From positions 480,001 through 544,000 of the forward strand of contig CAVTLK010000001.1 of NCBI GenBank assembly GCA_963735595.1: 64,000 bases of DNA, given 5' to 3'. This DNA is from an uncultured delta proteobacterium (lineage in GTDB: Bacteria > Desulfobacterota > Zymogenia > Zymogenales > Zymogenaceae). The notes under the pieces are model-generated. The model searched no databases. It was not told the origin of the DNA and saw only the letters and a list, made by a program, of their open reading frames with translations. Shown piece after piece: positions 10,491-22,623 of this stretch. The position numbers and the translations under genes are program-made. The stretch's first letter is position 1; the number at the start of each line of letters is the position of its first letter.

Positions 10491-11795
10491 TTATTCCTTT
10501 GGACGCCTGTCCACGACCCTCACTGCCTTCCCTTCCGTTGCCGGCAGTGTACCGGCGGCGATGACCGTAACGCGCGGAGTGATCAAGAGTTCGGATTTCA
10601 AATCGCCAATGATCTTTTTTTCCAGCTCTCGCACCCGAGCGCCCCCCCCGGAAAAGAGGGCGTTGTCCGCCTCTACCTGGACCGTCATGCGGTCTATATG
10701 GTCCACCGCGTCCAGCTCAATAAGGAAATTGCTCCCCACGCCGTCGCACCGCATCAGCACCTGTTCCACCTGGACGGGGAAGATATTGACCCCCTTGATG
10801 ATGAGCATGTCGTCGGTCCGGCCGGTTATCCGGCTGATACGCCGGTGCGTCCTGCCGCAGGGGCACCGCCCGGGCATGAGCCGGACCCGGTCCCGCGTCC
10901 GGTAGCGGATCATCGGCATGGCCTCGCGGTCAAGCGTCGTCAGGACAAGCTCTCCCTCCGCGCCGGGGGCGACCGGCAAGAGCGTAGCCGGGTCGATCAC
11001 CTCGACGAGGTAGCGGTCCTCCCAGATGTGCATCCCGTCTTTTTCGGTGCATTCGAAGGCCACACCCGGCCCACACATTTCGGAGAGCCCGTAGGAGTTA
11101 AATGCGTCAACCCCGTAGAATTCTTCGATCTTTTTCCGAGATTCCTCCGAGTGGGGCTCCGCCCCTATGAACGCGCGGGCCAGTTTCGTGTCTTTCCGCG
11201 GGTCCACTCCCTCCTCGGAGAATATCGAGGCAAGGTGCAACGCGTAGCTCGGGATGATATGCACCGCCGTCGTCCCGTATTCCTTCATCAGCATGATCTG
11301 CCGCTTGGAGTTGCCGGAGCCGGCCGGGATGACCATAGCGCCGATTTTCTCGGCCCCATAGTGGAACCCGAGGCCGCCGGTAAAGAGCCCGTAGCCCATC
11401 ATGTTCTGAAATACGTCGGTATCCCTGAAGCCGGTCATAAAGAGACAGCGGGCCACGAGGTCGGCCCACCGGTCGATATCGTACTTCGTATGGAAGACCA
11501 CGACCGGTCTTCCCGTGGTTCCCGAGGATGAGTGCATGCGCACGACCTGCTTGAGCGGAACCGAGAGGAAGTCGGCCGGCTCGTGTTTCCGCAGGTCGTT
11601 CTTATCGATAAACGGGAACTTCTCGATATCGGCCAGGCGCGTAACCGACGCCCCCGACAATCCCGAATCGCCCAAAAGCTTCGAATAAAACGGTGCACGC
11701 AGGGCGCCCGCAACGGTGGCTTTGAGATGCGTTACCGTATGGGATTCGAGATCCCCGGGCCCGATCGTTTCCAGTGCCTCGTTCCAGAATTCCAC
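10491..11795 (-). CDS. paaK: Phenylacetate-CoA ligase family protein
   Basis: HSSSGTTGRP, GYGLFTGGLG, YGLSE, IRYRTRD, GRTDDM. Start GTG 11795 assumed. Confidence 0.88.
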   Translation of the reverse strand: MEFWNEALETIGPGDLESHTVTHLKATVAGALRAPFYSKLLGDSGLSGASVTRLADIEKFPFIDKNDLRKHEPADFLSVPLKQVVRMHSSSGTTGRPVVVFHTKYDIDRWADLVARCLFMTGFRDTDVFQNMMGYGLFTGGLGFHYGAEKIGAMVIPAGSGNSKRQIMLMKEYGTTAVHIIPSYALHLASIFSEEGVDPRKDTKLARAFIGAEPHSEESRKKIEEFYGVDAFNSYGLSEMCGPGVAFECTEKDGMHIWEDRYLVEVIDPATLLPVAPGAEGELVLTTLDREAMPMIRYRTRDRVRLMPGRCPCGRTHRRISRITGRTDDMLIIKGVNIFPVQVEQVLMRCDGVGSNFLIELDAVDHIDRMTVQVEADNALFSGGGARVRELEKKIIGDLKSELLITPRVTVIAAGTLPATEGKAVRVVDRRPKE

Positions 11796-12109
11796 AGTCG
11801 TCCTCCCGCTGTTCTTCACATACAAATAAGTATGTACCACATTCGGGCAGCCAAGTCAAAAGGATAAGAGAAACGCCGTGCGTCATGTATGCCGCCCTGC
11901 AAGTGCTAACGCGTCTCTACGTGCAGGATTCTCATGTCTGTAACCCGCAACGGCCCGTTCGGCCGCCGTTTTCATATTTGCCCTTGATGCCGAGCGCATT
12001 TGTATGGTAGATTCAGGATGTAAGATACACAGGTGTCAACCGTGGACAATCCCGTTAGACCGTATCCCCTTGCCCGCAATGACCATCCTTCCGCGAGGCG
12101 GTATCTCCA

Positions 12110-13205
12110 ATGAAAAACGGTATATACATCGTCGCCGGGGCCCGCCCGAATTTCGTGAAAATCGCCCCGCTGGTATGGGAATTCAAAAGACGCGGTTTCA
12201 CTGACTACCGAATCATCCATACCGGCCAGCACTATGACTATACGATGAGCCAGGTCTTTTTTGATGACCTGGGGCTTGACCAACCGGATTACTTCCTGAA
12301 CGTCGGCTCGGGAACGCATTCCTACCAGACGGCCGAAATAATGAAATCGTTCGAAACGATATGCAGCGATAAAACGCCGGAAAGTATCGCCGTCGTGGGC
12401 GACGTCAATTCAACTCTGGCGGCTTCTCTTGTCGGGGCCAAGCTCACGATACCGGTTTCCCATATCGAGGCGGGGCTGAGGAGCTTCGACAGGTCGATGC
12501 CCGAAGAGATCAATCGGATAGTGACGGACCATGTCAGCGACAAGCTGTTCGTAACGGAAGAATCCGGCATCAGAAACCTGAAAAACGAGGGAATAGAAGA
12601 AATAAAGATGTTCTTCGTCGGAAACATAATGATCGATTCACTCGTCAGAGTGCTTCCAACGGTTAAGGCGCGTGCCCACCCGGAAGGGGAATACGCCCCT
12701 CGTGACCCTCCACCGGCCGTCAAACGTCGACAGCAGGGGTCAGCTTCTGCATGTTATCGAGATCCTGGAAAGCGTATCCCGTGAGCTCCCTGTGCTGTTC
12801 TTCGCCCATCCCCGGACGCGCGCCAGGATCACGGAATTCGGGCTGGAAGCAATGTTCCGGTATCAGGAATCTCCGGATGCGGGGTTTACCGAGGGCATCT
12901 ATCTCCTGGACCCGGTCGGGTACGTCGAGTTTCTTACCTATACCAGCCATGCTAAGATTGTCCTGACGGACAGCGGCGGCATCCAGGAGGAAACGACGTA
13001 CCTGGGGATTCCGTGTATCACCTTGAGGGACAATACGGAGAGGCCGGTAACGGTAGACGTGGGGACTAACGTTATCGCGGGACTGGATAAAGACCTTATT
13101 ATGAGCCATGTCGGGCAGATCATGCAGGGGTCCTATAAGAATGGAAGCATCCCGGAATTATGGGACGGGAAAACGGCATCCAGGATAGCCGATGCACTCG
13201 TGTAG
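12110..13205 (+). CDS. wecB: UDP-N-acetylglucosamine 2-epimerase (non-hydrolysing), indel near 12695
   Basis: GARPNFVK, HTGQHYD, HIEAGLRS, then in the second frame TLHRPSNVD, TDSGGIQEE, TERP. Confidence 0.92.
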
Positions 13206-13364
13206 GTAATTGAGATTCGCCGGCACGTTTCCTATTTCTCTCGGTACTGTCGTACCTCCCGTAACCCGAAAAATACAACCCGGGCCGACCGATACAAACC
13301 AGCCTCTGGATACACTAAATAACTGAAAAAAGGACGGATTTCACCCAAAAAAGCACGAAAAGTA

Positions 13365-13392
13365 TTGACAATTTCTATAGATTTACTATACT
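13365..13392 (+). promoter_or_regulatory. Sigma70-type promoter for the yqeY-mutS2-dnaG-rpoD cluster
   Basis: TTGACA-16nt-TATACT. Confidence 0.65.
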
Positions 13393-13425
13393 TAGTAAGT
13401 TTAAGTGACCCAGCAAGAGGAAACC

Positions 13426-13881
13426 ATGCCTTCTCTTAAGGAACAACTGGACGCCGACCTCAAAGAGGCCCAAAAGGCCAGGGATATGATCCGCGTCAAC
13501 GTCATAAGGATGCTCAAGACCACCATCAAGAACCGGGAAGTGGAAAAGATCGGAGACCTCACCGATCAGGAGCTTCTCCAGGCCGTCAACGCCCAGGTCA
13601 AGACCCGCCTGGAGGCTATCGAGGGGTTCAAGAAAGGCGGCCGTGACGAGAGCGTGAAAAAAGAGGAGGCCGAACTGGCGATCCTGAAGGCCTATCTCCC
13701 GGCGCAGCTCTCAAAAGAAGAGATCGTGGCCCTTATCGAAAAAGCGGTTACGGAGACCGAGGCCGCCGGCCCCAGGGACATGGGCAAGGTCATGAAAGCC
13801 CTCATGGACGACGTTACCGGAAAGGCGGACGGAAAGCTCGTCAGCGAGCTGGTAAAAGAGAAACTATCCTCACTGTCATAA
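13426..13881 (+). CDS. GatB/YqeY domain protein
   Basis: LKEQLDADLKEAQKA..., E-L-IL-YLP-QLS, DMGKVMK, GKADG. Confidence 0.92.
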   Translation: MPSLKEQLDADLKEAQKARDMIRVNVIRMLKTTIKNREVEKIGDLTDQELLQAVNAQVKTRLEAIEGFKKGGRDESVKKEEAELAILKAYLPAQLSKEEIVALIEKAVTETEAAGPRDMGKVMKALMDDVTGKADGKLVSELVKEKLSSLS

Positions 13882-13988
13882 AACCGTGACAGTTTCTACT
13901 CAGAACTTCTCAATAGACAACGGTGCGTAACCGTCGTCGAACGAACTAATGAGGGGCTTACCCCCCGCCCCTGCCCAAGAAAGTGCAG

Positions 13989-16330
13989 ATGGACAACCGC
14001 ACCCTTGAGGTTCTCGAATATCCGAAAATCCTGAAGATCCTCGCGGACTTTGCGTCAACCGTTCCGGGAAGCGAGCGCTGCCTTGCCCTGCTGCCCCAAA
14101 CGAACCCCGCGGGTGTCTCCAGAATCCAGGCCGTCGTTAAAGAGATCAGGGAGATCAGCGTAGTCGAGGGAAGGCTTCCCTTTGGAGGGATCTGCGCGAT
14201 AGACCACCTGCTGACGCAGCTGGCCGTTCAGGGGGCGTACCTTTCTTCCCACGAGATCCTCGATATCGCCGGCAACCTGTCCGGCCAGCGGAAACTGAAA
14301 TCGTTTCTGACCTCCTTGTCCGAACGATACCCGAAAGCCGCTGAGCTTGTCTCTTCAATTGAGACGATGAAGGACCTCGAATCCCAGATAGAATCGGCCG
14401 TCGGCCCCCAGGGAGAGATCCTGGACGGCGCCAGCGAAAGGCTCCGCGAGATCAGGAAACGAATCAGAAGCGCCCGGGAGGAGCTCAACCGGACGCTCCT
14501 TTCGGTCATGGGATCATCGTCGACCAAGGAGGCCCTGCAGGAATCCATCGTTACCCAGAGAAACGGGCGCTACGTGCTGCCGATCAAGGCCGAGCACAAG
14601 GGAAAGATCCAGGGCATCGTCCACGACCGGTCCCAATCGAGCCAGACCTTGTTTATCGAGCCGCTGTCCGTCATGGAGAAGAACAACGAGCTCTCGTCCC
14701 ACACGAAAGAGGAAAAGGACGAAGAGATCAGGGTCCTCAAACGGATCTCTGGCGAGATCGCTCTGGCAAGGGAGGCCATCGGACGGAACAACCAAACCGT
14801 CATCGAAATCGACATGCTTGCCGCCCGTGCCCTGTTCGGGGAAGCCCTCGGCGGCCTGTCCGCGGAGATCGACGAGTCCGGAAAAGTCGAGTTCAGGCAG
14901 GCCCGGCACCCGCTCTTGATCCACAGCGGCATCCATAACGGCGCACACGAGTTTTCCGGCCATGTCATCCCGATCGAGATCACCATCGGGTCGGATAAGA
15001 AGCTGGTCGTCCTCTCGGGCGCCAATACGGGCGGCAAGACCGCCGCCCTGAAAACCCTCGGCCTGCTCTCCCTGATATTCATGACGGGTATCCCGATACC
15101 CGTCGCCGAGGGGAGCACCGCCGTCGTCTTTTCAGACATCTTTGCCGATATCGGCGACGAACAGGACATAGAGGGCAAGCTCTCTACCTTTTCGGCCAAG
15201 GTGGAACGACTCAAGTATATCCTCTCCGGGGCCGGCAAAGGGTCGCTCGTTCTCATCGACGAGATCATGTCGGCCACCGATCCCGATCAGGGGAGCGCGC
15301 TGGCCATGGCGGCAATGGATTATTTATTGGATAACGGTGCAACAATTCTGATAACGACGCATCTAAATACATTAAAGACCTACGCCCTCAATCGGGAAGA
15401 TGCCGTTAACGTATCGGTTACATTCGACGAGATGAGCCGAACGCCCCTGTATATACTCAACTATGGGTCACCGGGGGGTAGTAACGCGATTGCCGTGGCC
15501 CAATCCCTCTCGCTTCCAGCCGAGGTTATCACGAGGGCCAAAGAGAACCTCTCCGATGAATCACGAAAACTCACAAGCCTTATCGCCAAGATCGAGCGCG
15601 ACAGACGTATCGTTCAAACGCAGCGGAGGGCCGTCGAAACCCTCAGGAATAACCATCAGTTACTGGCCGACGAGATGGCCAGGCTGGTAACGACGATCAA
15701 CACGAAGCGAAATGAAATCATTGAGTCTTTTCGGCGCGAGGTCAAGGAGATCGCCGGCCGCTACGAGCAGCGCTTCAAGGAGCTCTTCGGCCGTATGGAG
15801 AACGCCACCGTAAGGCGGGGTGAAATCCACAAGGAATTCTACGATACCAAACGCGCACTTATCGATTCGGTCCCCGAACCCGTCCGCGAGTCGGAATCAC
15901 CCGATGGACTTGCGGTCGGTGACGCGGTGGCGCTGAGGGGAAGTACGGTGATCGGCAGCCTTCGTTTCCCTGTCGGGCGAGCGCGCCGAGGTCGAGTTCG
16001 GGGGCAGAAAGGTCTCGGTGGATATCTCCGAGTTGAAAAAGGAGACGGCCCCGTCTCTGCCCAAGGGCGGCGCCTATCACGAGCAGTATACCGATCCGAA
16101 AGACGGAGATCAATATCATCGGTCTGACCGTCGAGGATGCCATCCCGGTGGTCGACAAGGCGATAGACAACGCGATTCTCGTGGGGTTGGCCGAGATCGA
16201 GGTCATCCACGGAAAAGGAACAGGCAGGCTTAAGCGCGGGATCAGGAGCTACCTGACGGGGCACTCCCGTGTGAAGGCGCTCAAGCACGGGGGGCTCAAC
16301 GACGGAACGACGACCGTCGAACTGTCGTAG
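13989..16330 (+). CDS. mutS2: Endonuclease MutS2 (indels near 15960 and 16090)
   Basis: ARHPLL, SGANTGGKT, ADIGDEQ, STFS, ITTH; C-terminal Smr domain IHGKGTGRLK...DGTT. Confidence 0.92.
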
Positions 16331-16498
16331 CGGGCGGTGATCGCCACTACCGGCCCGGGCGGGAGCGGCGCGGTATCGAGCCGACCGCTCTATCGGCAAG
16401 AGGAGGAATTCAGGCCGCGCGAGTTGAGACGGTGTGCGTGTTCGCTCAGGAACGGCAGAGGGCTGCCGGGCTAACGGCCCATGGAAGGAAAGAGGAAC

Positions 16499-18270
16499 GT
16501 GGCGGGAAAGATACCCGAGACGGACCATCGACGAGATCAGGGATCGAACGGATATCCTTTCCCTCATCGGCAAGTACGTCACCCTGAAAAAGGCGGGGCG
16601 CAACTTCGTGGGCCTCTGCCCTTTTCACGCGGAAAAGACCCCGTCATTTTCGGTAAATCCCGAAAAGGGGATTTATAAGTGCTTCGGCTGCGGCAAGGGC
16701 GGAAACGCCCTCACCTTCCTCATGGAAGTGGAAGGGATGTCTTTTACCGACGCCGTGCGCGATCTGGGCAACCGGTGCGGAATTCGGGTCCAGACGGACT
16801 CCCGTACAAAGGAAAAATCCGACGACCGAGCGGCGATGCTCTATGCCGTCAATGAGGATGCCCGCGTCTATTTTACGGAGAACCTCAAGGCACCCGAGGG
16901 AAAGAAAGCGGTCGAGTACCTCAAGAAGCGGGGCCTCGACGGGGCGACTGCCCGCCTCTTTCAGATCGGGTATGCGCCTCCGGGTTGGGACGGCCTTATC
17001 TCCCATATACGTCGCGCGGGGCGCGGCGATTCGCTCCTGGTCGCGGCTGGCCTTGCCGTTGAGGGCGATCGCGGGATCTACGATCGGTTCCGCGACCGGA
17101 TTATCTTTCCCATCCGGGATCACCGCGAGCGCTGCGTCGGCTTTGGCGGCAGGATCATCGGCCCGGGGGAGCCGAAATATCTCAATTCCCCCGAGACGCC
17201 CGTCTATCACAAGGGTAACGTCCTCTATGGGCTGGACATCACCCGGGAAGAGATCAGGAAGGCGGGACGGGCCGTGGTCGTTGAGGGCTATCTGGACCTG
17301 ATCGCCCTGTTCCAGGCGGGCGTGAGGAACGTCGTCGCGACGCTCGGCACGGCGCTGACCAAAGACCACCTCGATCGACTGGGGAAATATACCCGGGAGG
17401 TCGTGCTCCTCTTTGATCCGGATGAGGCCGGTATGAAGGCCGCAGAGCGAACACTCCCCCTCTTCGGGGAGGGCACCCTTTACGCCAGGGCGGCGGTCCT
17501 GCCGGGCGGCGACGACCCGGATGACTTCGTCCGAAAGAACGGGGCCGCCGCGTTCGAAGAGATCGTCGCCGGCTCGCACGACCTTTTCGATTTCGCTATC
17601 GAGCGGGTCTTTACCCGACACGACCTGGCCACGGCCGGGGGCGTCTCTCACGCCCTCGAGGAGTCGGCCCCTATCGTGGCGATGATACGAAAGAAGGCCG
17701 ATCAGGACATATACATCGGCAAGGTGACCGAGCGCCTGGGCATTCGGGAAGAATCGGTCCGGGATGCGGTCTTGCGAGGGGTTAAGAAAGGACGGCTCCC
17801 GGCACCACCGGCAGGCCGACACGGAGGCAACCCCTGCACAATTCAATCCCCCCGCGGTGGAGGCGCGGATCTTCAAGATCGCGGTGAATTTCCCGCAGAT
17901 CCTAACGCAGTCGGGGCTAACCGAGCGTCATCTCCGTCTCTTCGAGGAGGATGTCCTCAGGAAACTCGTGGGTGAGATACTCACGATAGCCCGCGAAGCT
18001 AAGATTCCACCGGTCGCGTCCCTCATAGATTCGATAGCGGACGCGGTAACACGGGAGGAGCTTATCGGGCTTTCCTTTCTCGACTATGACGAAATTGGAG
18101 AAGAATCGGAGATACTCAGGATCGCCGAGGACTGCGTCTGGCGCCTCGAGAAAAAGGAACTTGAAAGGAAGTCAAAGGAGATAAACCTGCAGATACGCGA
18201 GAATACCTCCGATGAAACGGTCAGACGGAATTATTAAGAAAAAAAACGGACTATACCAAAAACTTAAAGA
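16499..18270 (+). CDS. dnaG: DNA primase (several indels; end approximate)
   Basis: GLCPFHAEKTPSF, CFGCGKGG, DRFRDRIIFPI, KYLNSPET, VEGYLD, DPDD. Confidence 0.93.
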
Positions 18271-18278
18271 GGTGATTC

Positions 18279-20046
18279 ATGGCGAAGAATTCCGGAATTG
18301 ATGAGGTCAAGCAGCTCATTAATCTGGGAAAGGAAAAGGGGTTTCTCACTTACGACGAGGTAAACGACCTCCTCCCCCCCGACCTCTACCCCGATCAGTT
18401 GGACGACATCATGAATATGTTCGGGGAAATGGATATCGACATTGTCGACTCCGCCAAAAAATTCAAGATTACCAACGGGACGACCGAGAGCCCTGACCGA
18501 AGACGAAGAGCCCGAGGAAACCGAGCAGGAGGAAATCGACTATCTGCCGGGCAGCCTCGGCAAGACCAATGATCCCGTCAGGATGTACCTTCGGGAGATG
18601 GGCTCTATCGCCCTCCTGACACGGGAGGGTGAGGTTGAGATAGCCAAGAGAATCGAAAAAGGCTCGACTGATCAGCCGGGAAATGATTCTGAGCACGCCC
18701 GTTGCGCTCCGGGAAATATCGGTCCTGTGCGACAAGGTCTCCAAAGACAAGATAAAGATCAAGGATATTCTCAAGGGTCTCAACGATGAGTACTCCCTCT
18801 CCAAGAAAGACGAGAAGGAGCGTAGAGATATCTTCATCTGCGATCGTTTGCCGCATCAAGGAACTGGACGAGGCAATCGCAAACGATCGAAAGGCCCTGA
18901 CCGTCTCCGAAGATAAGGAACGGATAAAGAACTCAATAGCCGAATCTCAGGAAGAGATGTCCCGTCTCGTATTGGAGCTTGACCTCGACAAGAAACAGAT
19001 TCATAAGATCTCCTCAAAACTCAAGTCTTTTAAGGACCGGGTGAAAAAGGGAGAACAGGAGATCAAGGATCTTGAGACGAAGACCAAGCTTCCCGTAAAG
19101 GAGCTGAAGAAGCACTTTAAGAAGGCCGAGCGGGGCGATGCACGATTTGCGCAGTGTCGCCAAGTCTCTTCGCGTGTCTCAGGACGACCTCAGGGAGATG
19201 AACCGGGTTCTGAAGAACTCCGCCAGGAAGGTAAAGCGAGCCGAGCAGGAGGCCGAGATGACGGCCCGCCATATTAAGGAGACCGTCAAGAAGATCGAGG
19301 AAGGCGAGCGTGTCGAGTCGGAGGCCAAGAACGAGCTGGTGAAAGGCAAACCTGAGGCTTGTCGTATCCATCGCCAAGAAGTACACGAATCGGGGTCTCC
19401 AGTTTCTCGATCTCATCCAGGAGGGCAACGTCGGTCTAATGAAGGCGGTCGACAAATTCGAATACCAGCGCGGGATACAAGTTTTCCACGTATGCCACCT
19501 GGTGGATTCGCCAGGCGATTACCCGTGCGATCGCCGATCAGGCGCGCACCATACGCATCCCCGTCCATATGATCGAGACCATCAATAAGCTCATCCGCAC
19601 GTCGCGTTATCTTGTTCAGGAAAAGGGACGCGAGCCGACCCCGGAGGAGATAGCCGAGAAAATGGAACTGCCGCTGGACAAGGTACGTAAGGTCCTGAAG
19701 ATCGCCAAGGAACCGATTTCTCTGGAGACCCCCATCGGCGAAGAGGAAGACAGCCATCTCGGTGATTTTATCGAAGACAAGAAAATCCTCTCCCCGTCGG
19801 AGGCCATCATCAACGTCAACCTCTCCGAGCAAACCCGAAAGGTCCTTTCCACCCTTACCCCGCGCGAGGAAAAGGTGCTTGAGAAAACGGTTTGGGATCG
19901 GCGAGAAGTCCGATCATACCCTTGAGGAAGTCGGGCAGGATTTCGATGTTACCCGGGAGCGAATCAGGCAGATCGAGGCAAAGGCGCTGCGCAAGCTCAG
20001 GCACCCATCCCGCAGCAAGAAGCTCAAGAGCTTCATTGAGGGATGA
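18279..20046 (+). CDS. rpoD: RNA polymerase primary sigma-70 factor (several indels)
   Basis: [79 protein letters not shown] spread across frames. Confidence 0.95.
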
Positions 20047-20149
20047 GGCACCTCTGGTCGCGCTTTATGCCGGTATCAACCCGGGCGCCCGATCGGACTG
20101 ACTTTACGGAGAAATTGGTAATAACTGCGAGATATCAGGAGCTTTTTCC

Positions 20150-20178
20150 TTGACTATTTCGCGTGTTTTAGGTAGTAT
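20150..20178 (+). promoter_or_regulatory. Sigma70-type promoter of the tRNA gene
   Basis: TTGACT-17nt-TAGTAT, about 20 nt before the tRNA. Confidence 0.7.
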
Positions 20179-20197
20179 ATCTAATTAAATATTTTCC

Positions 20198-20273
20198 GGG
20201 CCCATAGCTCAGTTGGCAGAGCCACCGGCTCATAACCGGACGGTCCCAGGTTCGAATCCTGGTGGGCCCACCA
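20198..20273 (+). tRNA. tRNA with CAT anticodon, most likely tRNA-Ile2 (lysidine)
   Basis: 76-nt cloverleaf GGGCCCA...CT-CAT-AA...GGTTCGAATCC...TGGGCCC-A-CCA. Paired G1-C72 excludes fMet; GGGCCC acceptor stem and position after rpoD suggest Ile2. Confidence 0.93.
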
Positions 20274-20366
20274 TACGACAGGGACAACGGGCGGCGTTGG
20301 ATACCAAACAGATAAGGGATAGAAGCTATACTTCAGAAGCGACGGTCAATCCGACCGTTTGAGGAG

Positions 20367-20392
20367 AGGTGCCGAACAGGCACCTTTTTTTT
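20367..20392 (+). terminator. Intrinsic terminator after tRNA
   Basis: AGGTGCC-GAACA-GGCACCT followed by a T run. Confidence 0.7.
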
Positions 20393-20396
20393 GACC

Positions 20397-21234
20397 ATGG
20401 CCCCTTCGGTCACCGACATCATCGACTTGATCCAGATCATTGCTCCCACCTACCTGGCCGAACCGTGGGATAACTGCGGTCTCCAGGTCGGCAATCCCGA
20501 CGCTCAGGTAAAAAAAATCGCCGTTGCCCTGGACCCCGATGAGCCGACGATCCTTTCGGCCGCAAAAAGCGCGGTCGATCTCCTTATTACCCATCACCCC
20601 CTTATATTCCAGCGTCTTTCTTCTATCGATGTCAGAGCCGGCACAGGCAGGGCAGTGGCCGCAGCCCTCAGCGCGGGCATTTCGGTTTATTCGGCCCACA
20701 CAAATCTCGATCATGTCCCCGAGGGAACGAGCTTCGCGATGGCCCAGAAACTTTCCCTCATCAATCCGGACCCCCTGCCCTGGCCCGGTCTCGGCCGCCC
20801 ACAGCAGGCCGTATCAACCGACCATACCGATGGCCCCGGACGGAATCGTCTATATCGGCGACCTCCCTTCAAGAATGAAACTCATCGACCTTGCTAGATT
20901 CGTACAGGAATCCCTCGACGCCCCCCTGATACGCTATGTCGGCGATCGGCAGTGCTCCGTCTTCCGGGCGGCCGTTTGCGCGGGAAGCGGAGGCGATTTC
21001 GTCGCAACGGCACGCTCGCTGGGCGCTGATGTCCTGATCACCGGGGAGGTCAGGTATCACGCGGCCGTATCGGCGGTAGAGTCGGGCATTGCGCTGATTG
21101 AGGTCGGGCATTTCTGGTCAGAGCTTCCCGTTATATCTGAGGTGGCGCGTAGTATCGAAGAACAATTACTCATAAGGAAATGGTCCGTCGGCGTCATGAC
21201 TATCCAGGGACGGGACCCGTTCTCGTATGTATAG
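20397..21234 (+). CDS. Nif3-like dinuclear metal centre protein (indel near 20800)
   Basis: AEPWDNCGLQVG, LITHHPLIF, SAHTNLD, CAGSG, ITGEVRYH, GHFWSE. Confidence 0.9.
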
Positions 21235-21307
21235 CACACGAAGCATCACTATAGAACTGTTTCCGATCCGCCCTATAGCCGGATCCATCAAGTAATGGAG
21301 GAGAAGC

Positions 21308-22053
21308 GTGAATGAAGAGGTAATTCTCATGATACGTCTTCAGGAGTTGGATACCGAGATCGTTTTCCTCAGGCGGGAGAAGACCGAGATACCCGTGCGT
21401 ATCGCCGACCTTAACGACGAGATCTCGACCCTTACTGACCTCCTGACTCATGAACAGGAGCGCGCCGTTGGTCTCGAAAAGGAAAAACGAAGTAAGGAAT
21501 CGGGATTAAAGGACGAGGAGGAGCGTCTGGCCAATTCCGAGAAGAAGCTCAACGAGGTCAAGACCAATAAGGAATACCAGGCCGCCCAGAAAGAGATGGA
21601 AGATCATAGAATCCAAAATTCCCTGCTCGAAGAACAGATACTCCTGGCCATGGATCAGCTTGACGCCCTCAAGACCGAGATCGCCAAAAAGTCAGGGGAG
21701 CTTGCTGACGGCACCCGTGTGATCCATGAGGAAATCGAAAAGCTCACCGCCAGGGCGGCCGCCGTCGAGGATCAGGTCACCCAAAAAGTAACGGCGACGG
21801 GCCAAGATCGTAAAGGAACTGAACTCTTCCTTCCTTTCCACGTACGAGCGGCTTATGAAGACGTTTCGTAATGAACCGGTACTCGTGAAGGTTAAAAAAG
21901 GCGTCTGCAATGGATGCTATATGAACCTTCCGCCCCAGTTCTTCAATGAGCTGCTGAGCGATCGGGACATCAAGACCTGCCCGAATTGCGCACGGCTTAT
22001 CTACCTGGACGAGGAGATTCGAAAAAGACTCGGTGAACGGGGCCCGGCCATGA
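21308..22053 (+). CDS. Coiled-coil protein with C4-type zinc ribbon (DUF164 family); indel near 21800; end approximate
   Basis: LQELD, KTNKEYQA, CNGCYMNLPPQ...TCPNCARLIY. Confidence 0.88.
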
Positions 22054-22623
22054 GCCGTGAACGGCTAATGGAGACGGCGGCCCGATTCCTTCGCCGTCTT
22101 ACCGAAGATCCGATACTGGCCGCCATTTCCGAGAAAGTAACCGATATGGACAGGCGGGAAATCAGCGGTCTTCTCACTTTCGCCGCAGATACGCTCTGAC
22201 CCTCCGCCTGTGCCGCCCTCGATGAGGCAACCGTCCATGTGGACGGGGCTTCCATCGGCAATCCCGGCCCGGCCGGCGCGGGCGCTAGTCATTATGGATC
22301 ATCGGAATAAAAAGATCGCCGAAGTCTGCCAGCCCCTCGGCGTGACGACCAATAACGTCGCCGAATACCGCGCGCTTATCGTCGGCCTGCGCAAGGCGCG
22401 TGAACTCGGTGTCAGGCATGTTCACGTCAGGGCGGATTCGGAGCTGATGGTCAAGCAGATATCCGGTCATTATCGAATCAGGGACGAGAAACTGCAGGCG
22501 CTCTCACGCGAGGCTAAGGAGATCATTGATTCTTTTGACTCTTTTGATATACTGCATATTGACAGGAGCAAGAATCGGGACGCGGATCGGCTCTCCAAGC
22601 GAGCCGCCGACGCCTCGGTGTAA
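22050..22623 (+). CDS. rnhA: Ribonuclease HI family protein with N-terminal extension (indels)
   Basis: VDGASIGNPGPAGAG, TNNVAEYRALI, DSELMVKQ, NRDADRLS. Confidence 0.88.

Noticed and set aside
11879..11894. Sigma54 promoter upstream of paaK (minus strand CGGCAT-N5-ACGCA)
   Set aside because: GG-N10-GC spacing is right but the flanks match the consensus poorly; may be chance.
16499..20046. dnaG and rpoD as pseudogenes or programmed frameshifts
   Set aside because: Essential genes with all motifs intact across frames, and the same indel pattern occurs window-wide, so sequencing error is more likely.
20198..20273. tRNA as an integration site for an island
   Set aside because: No integrase and no duplicated tRNA 3' end seen; downstream genes are the usual conserved neighbours.
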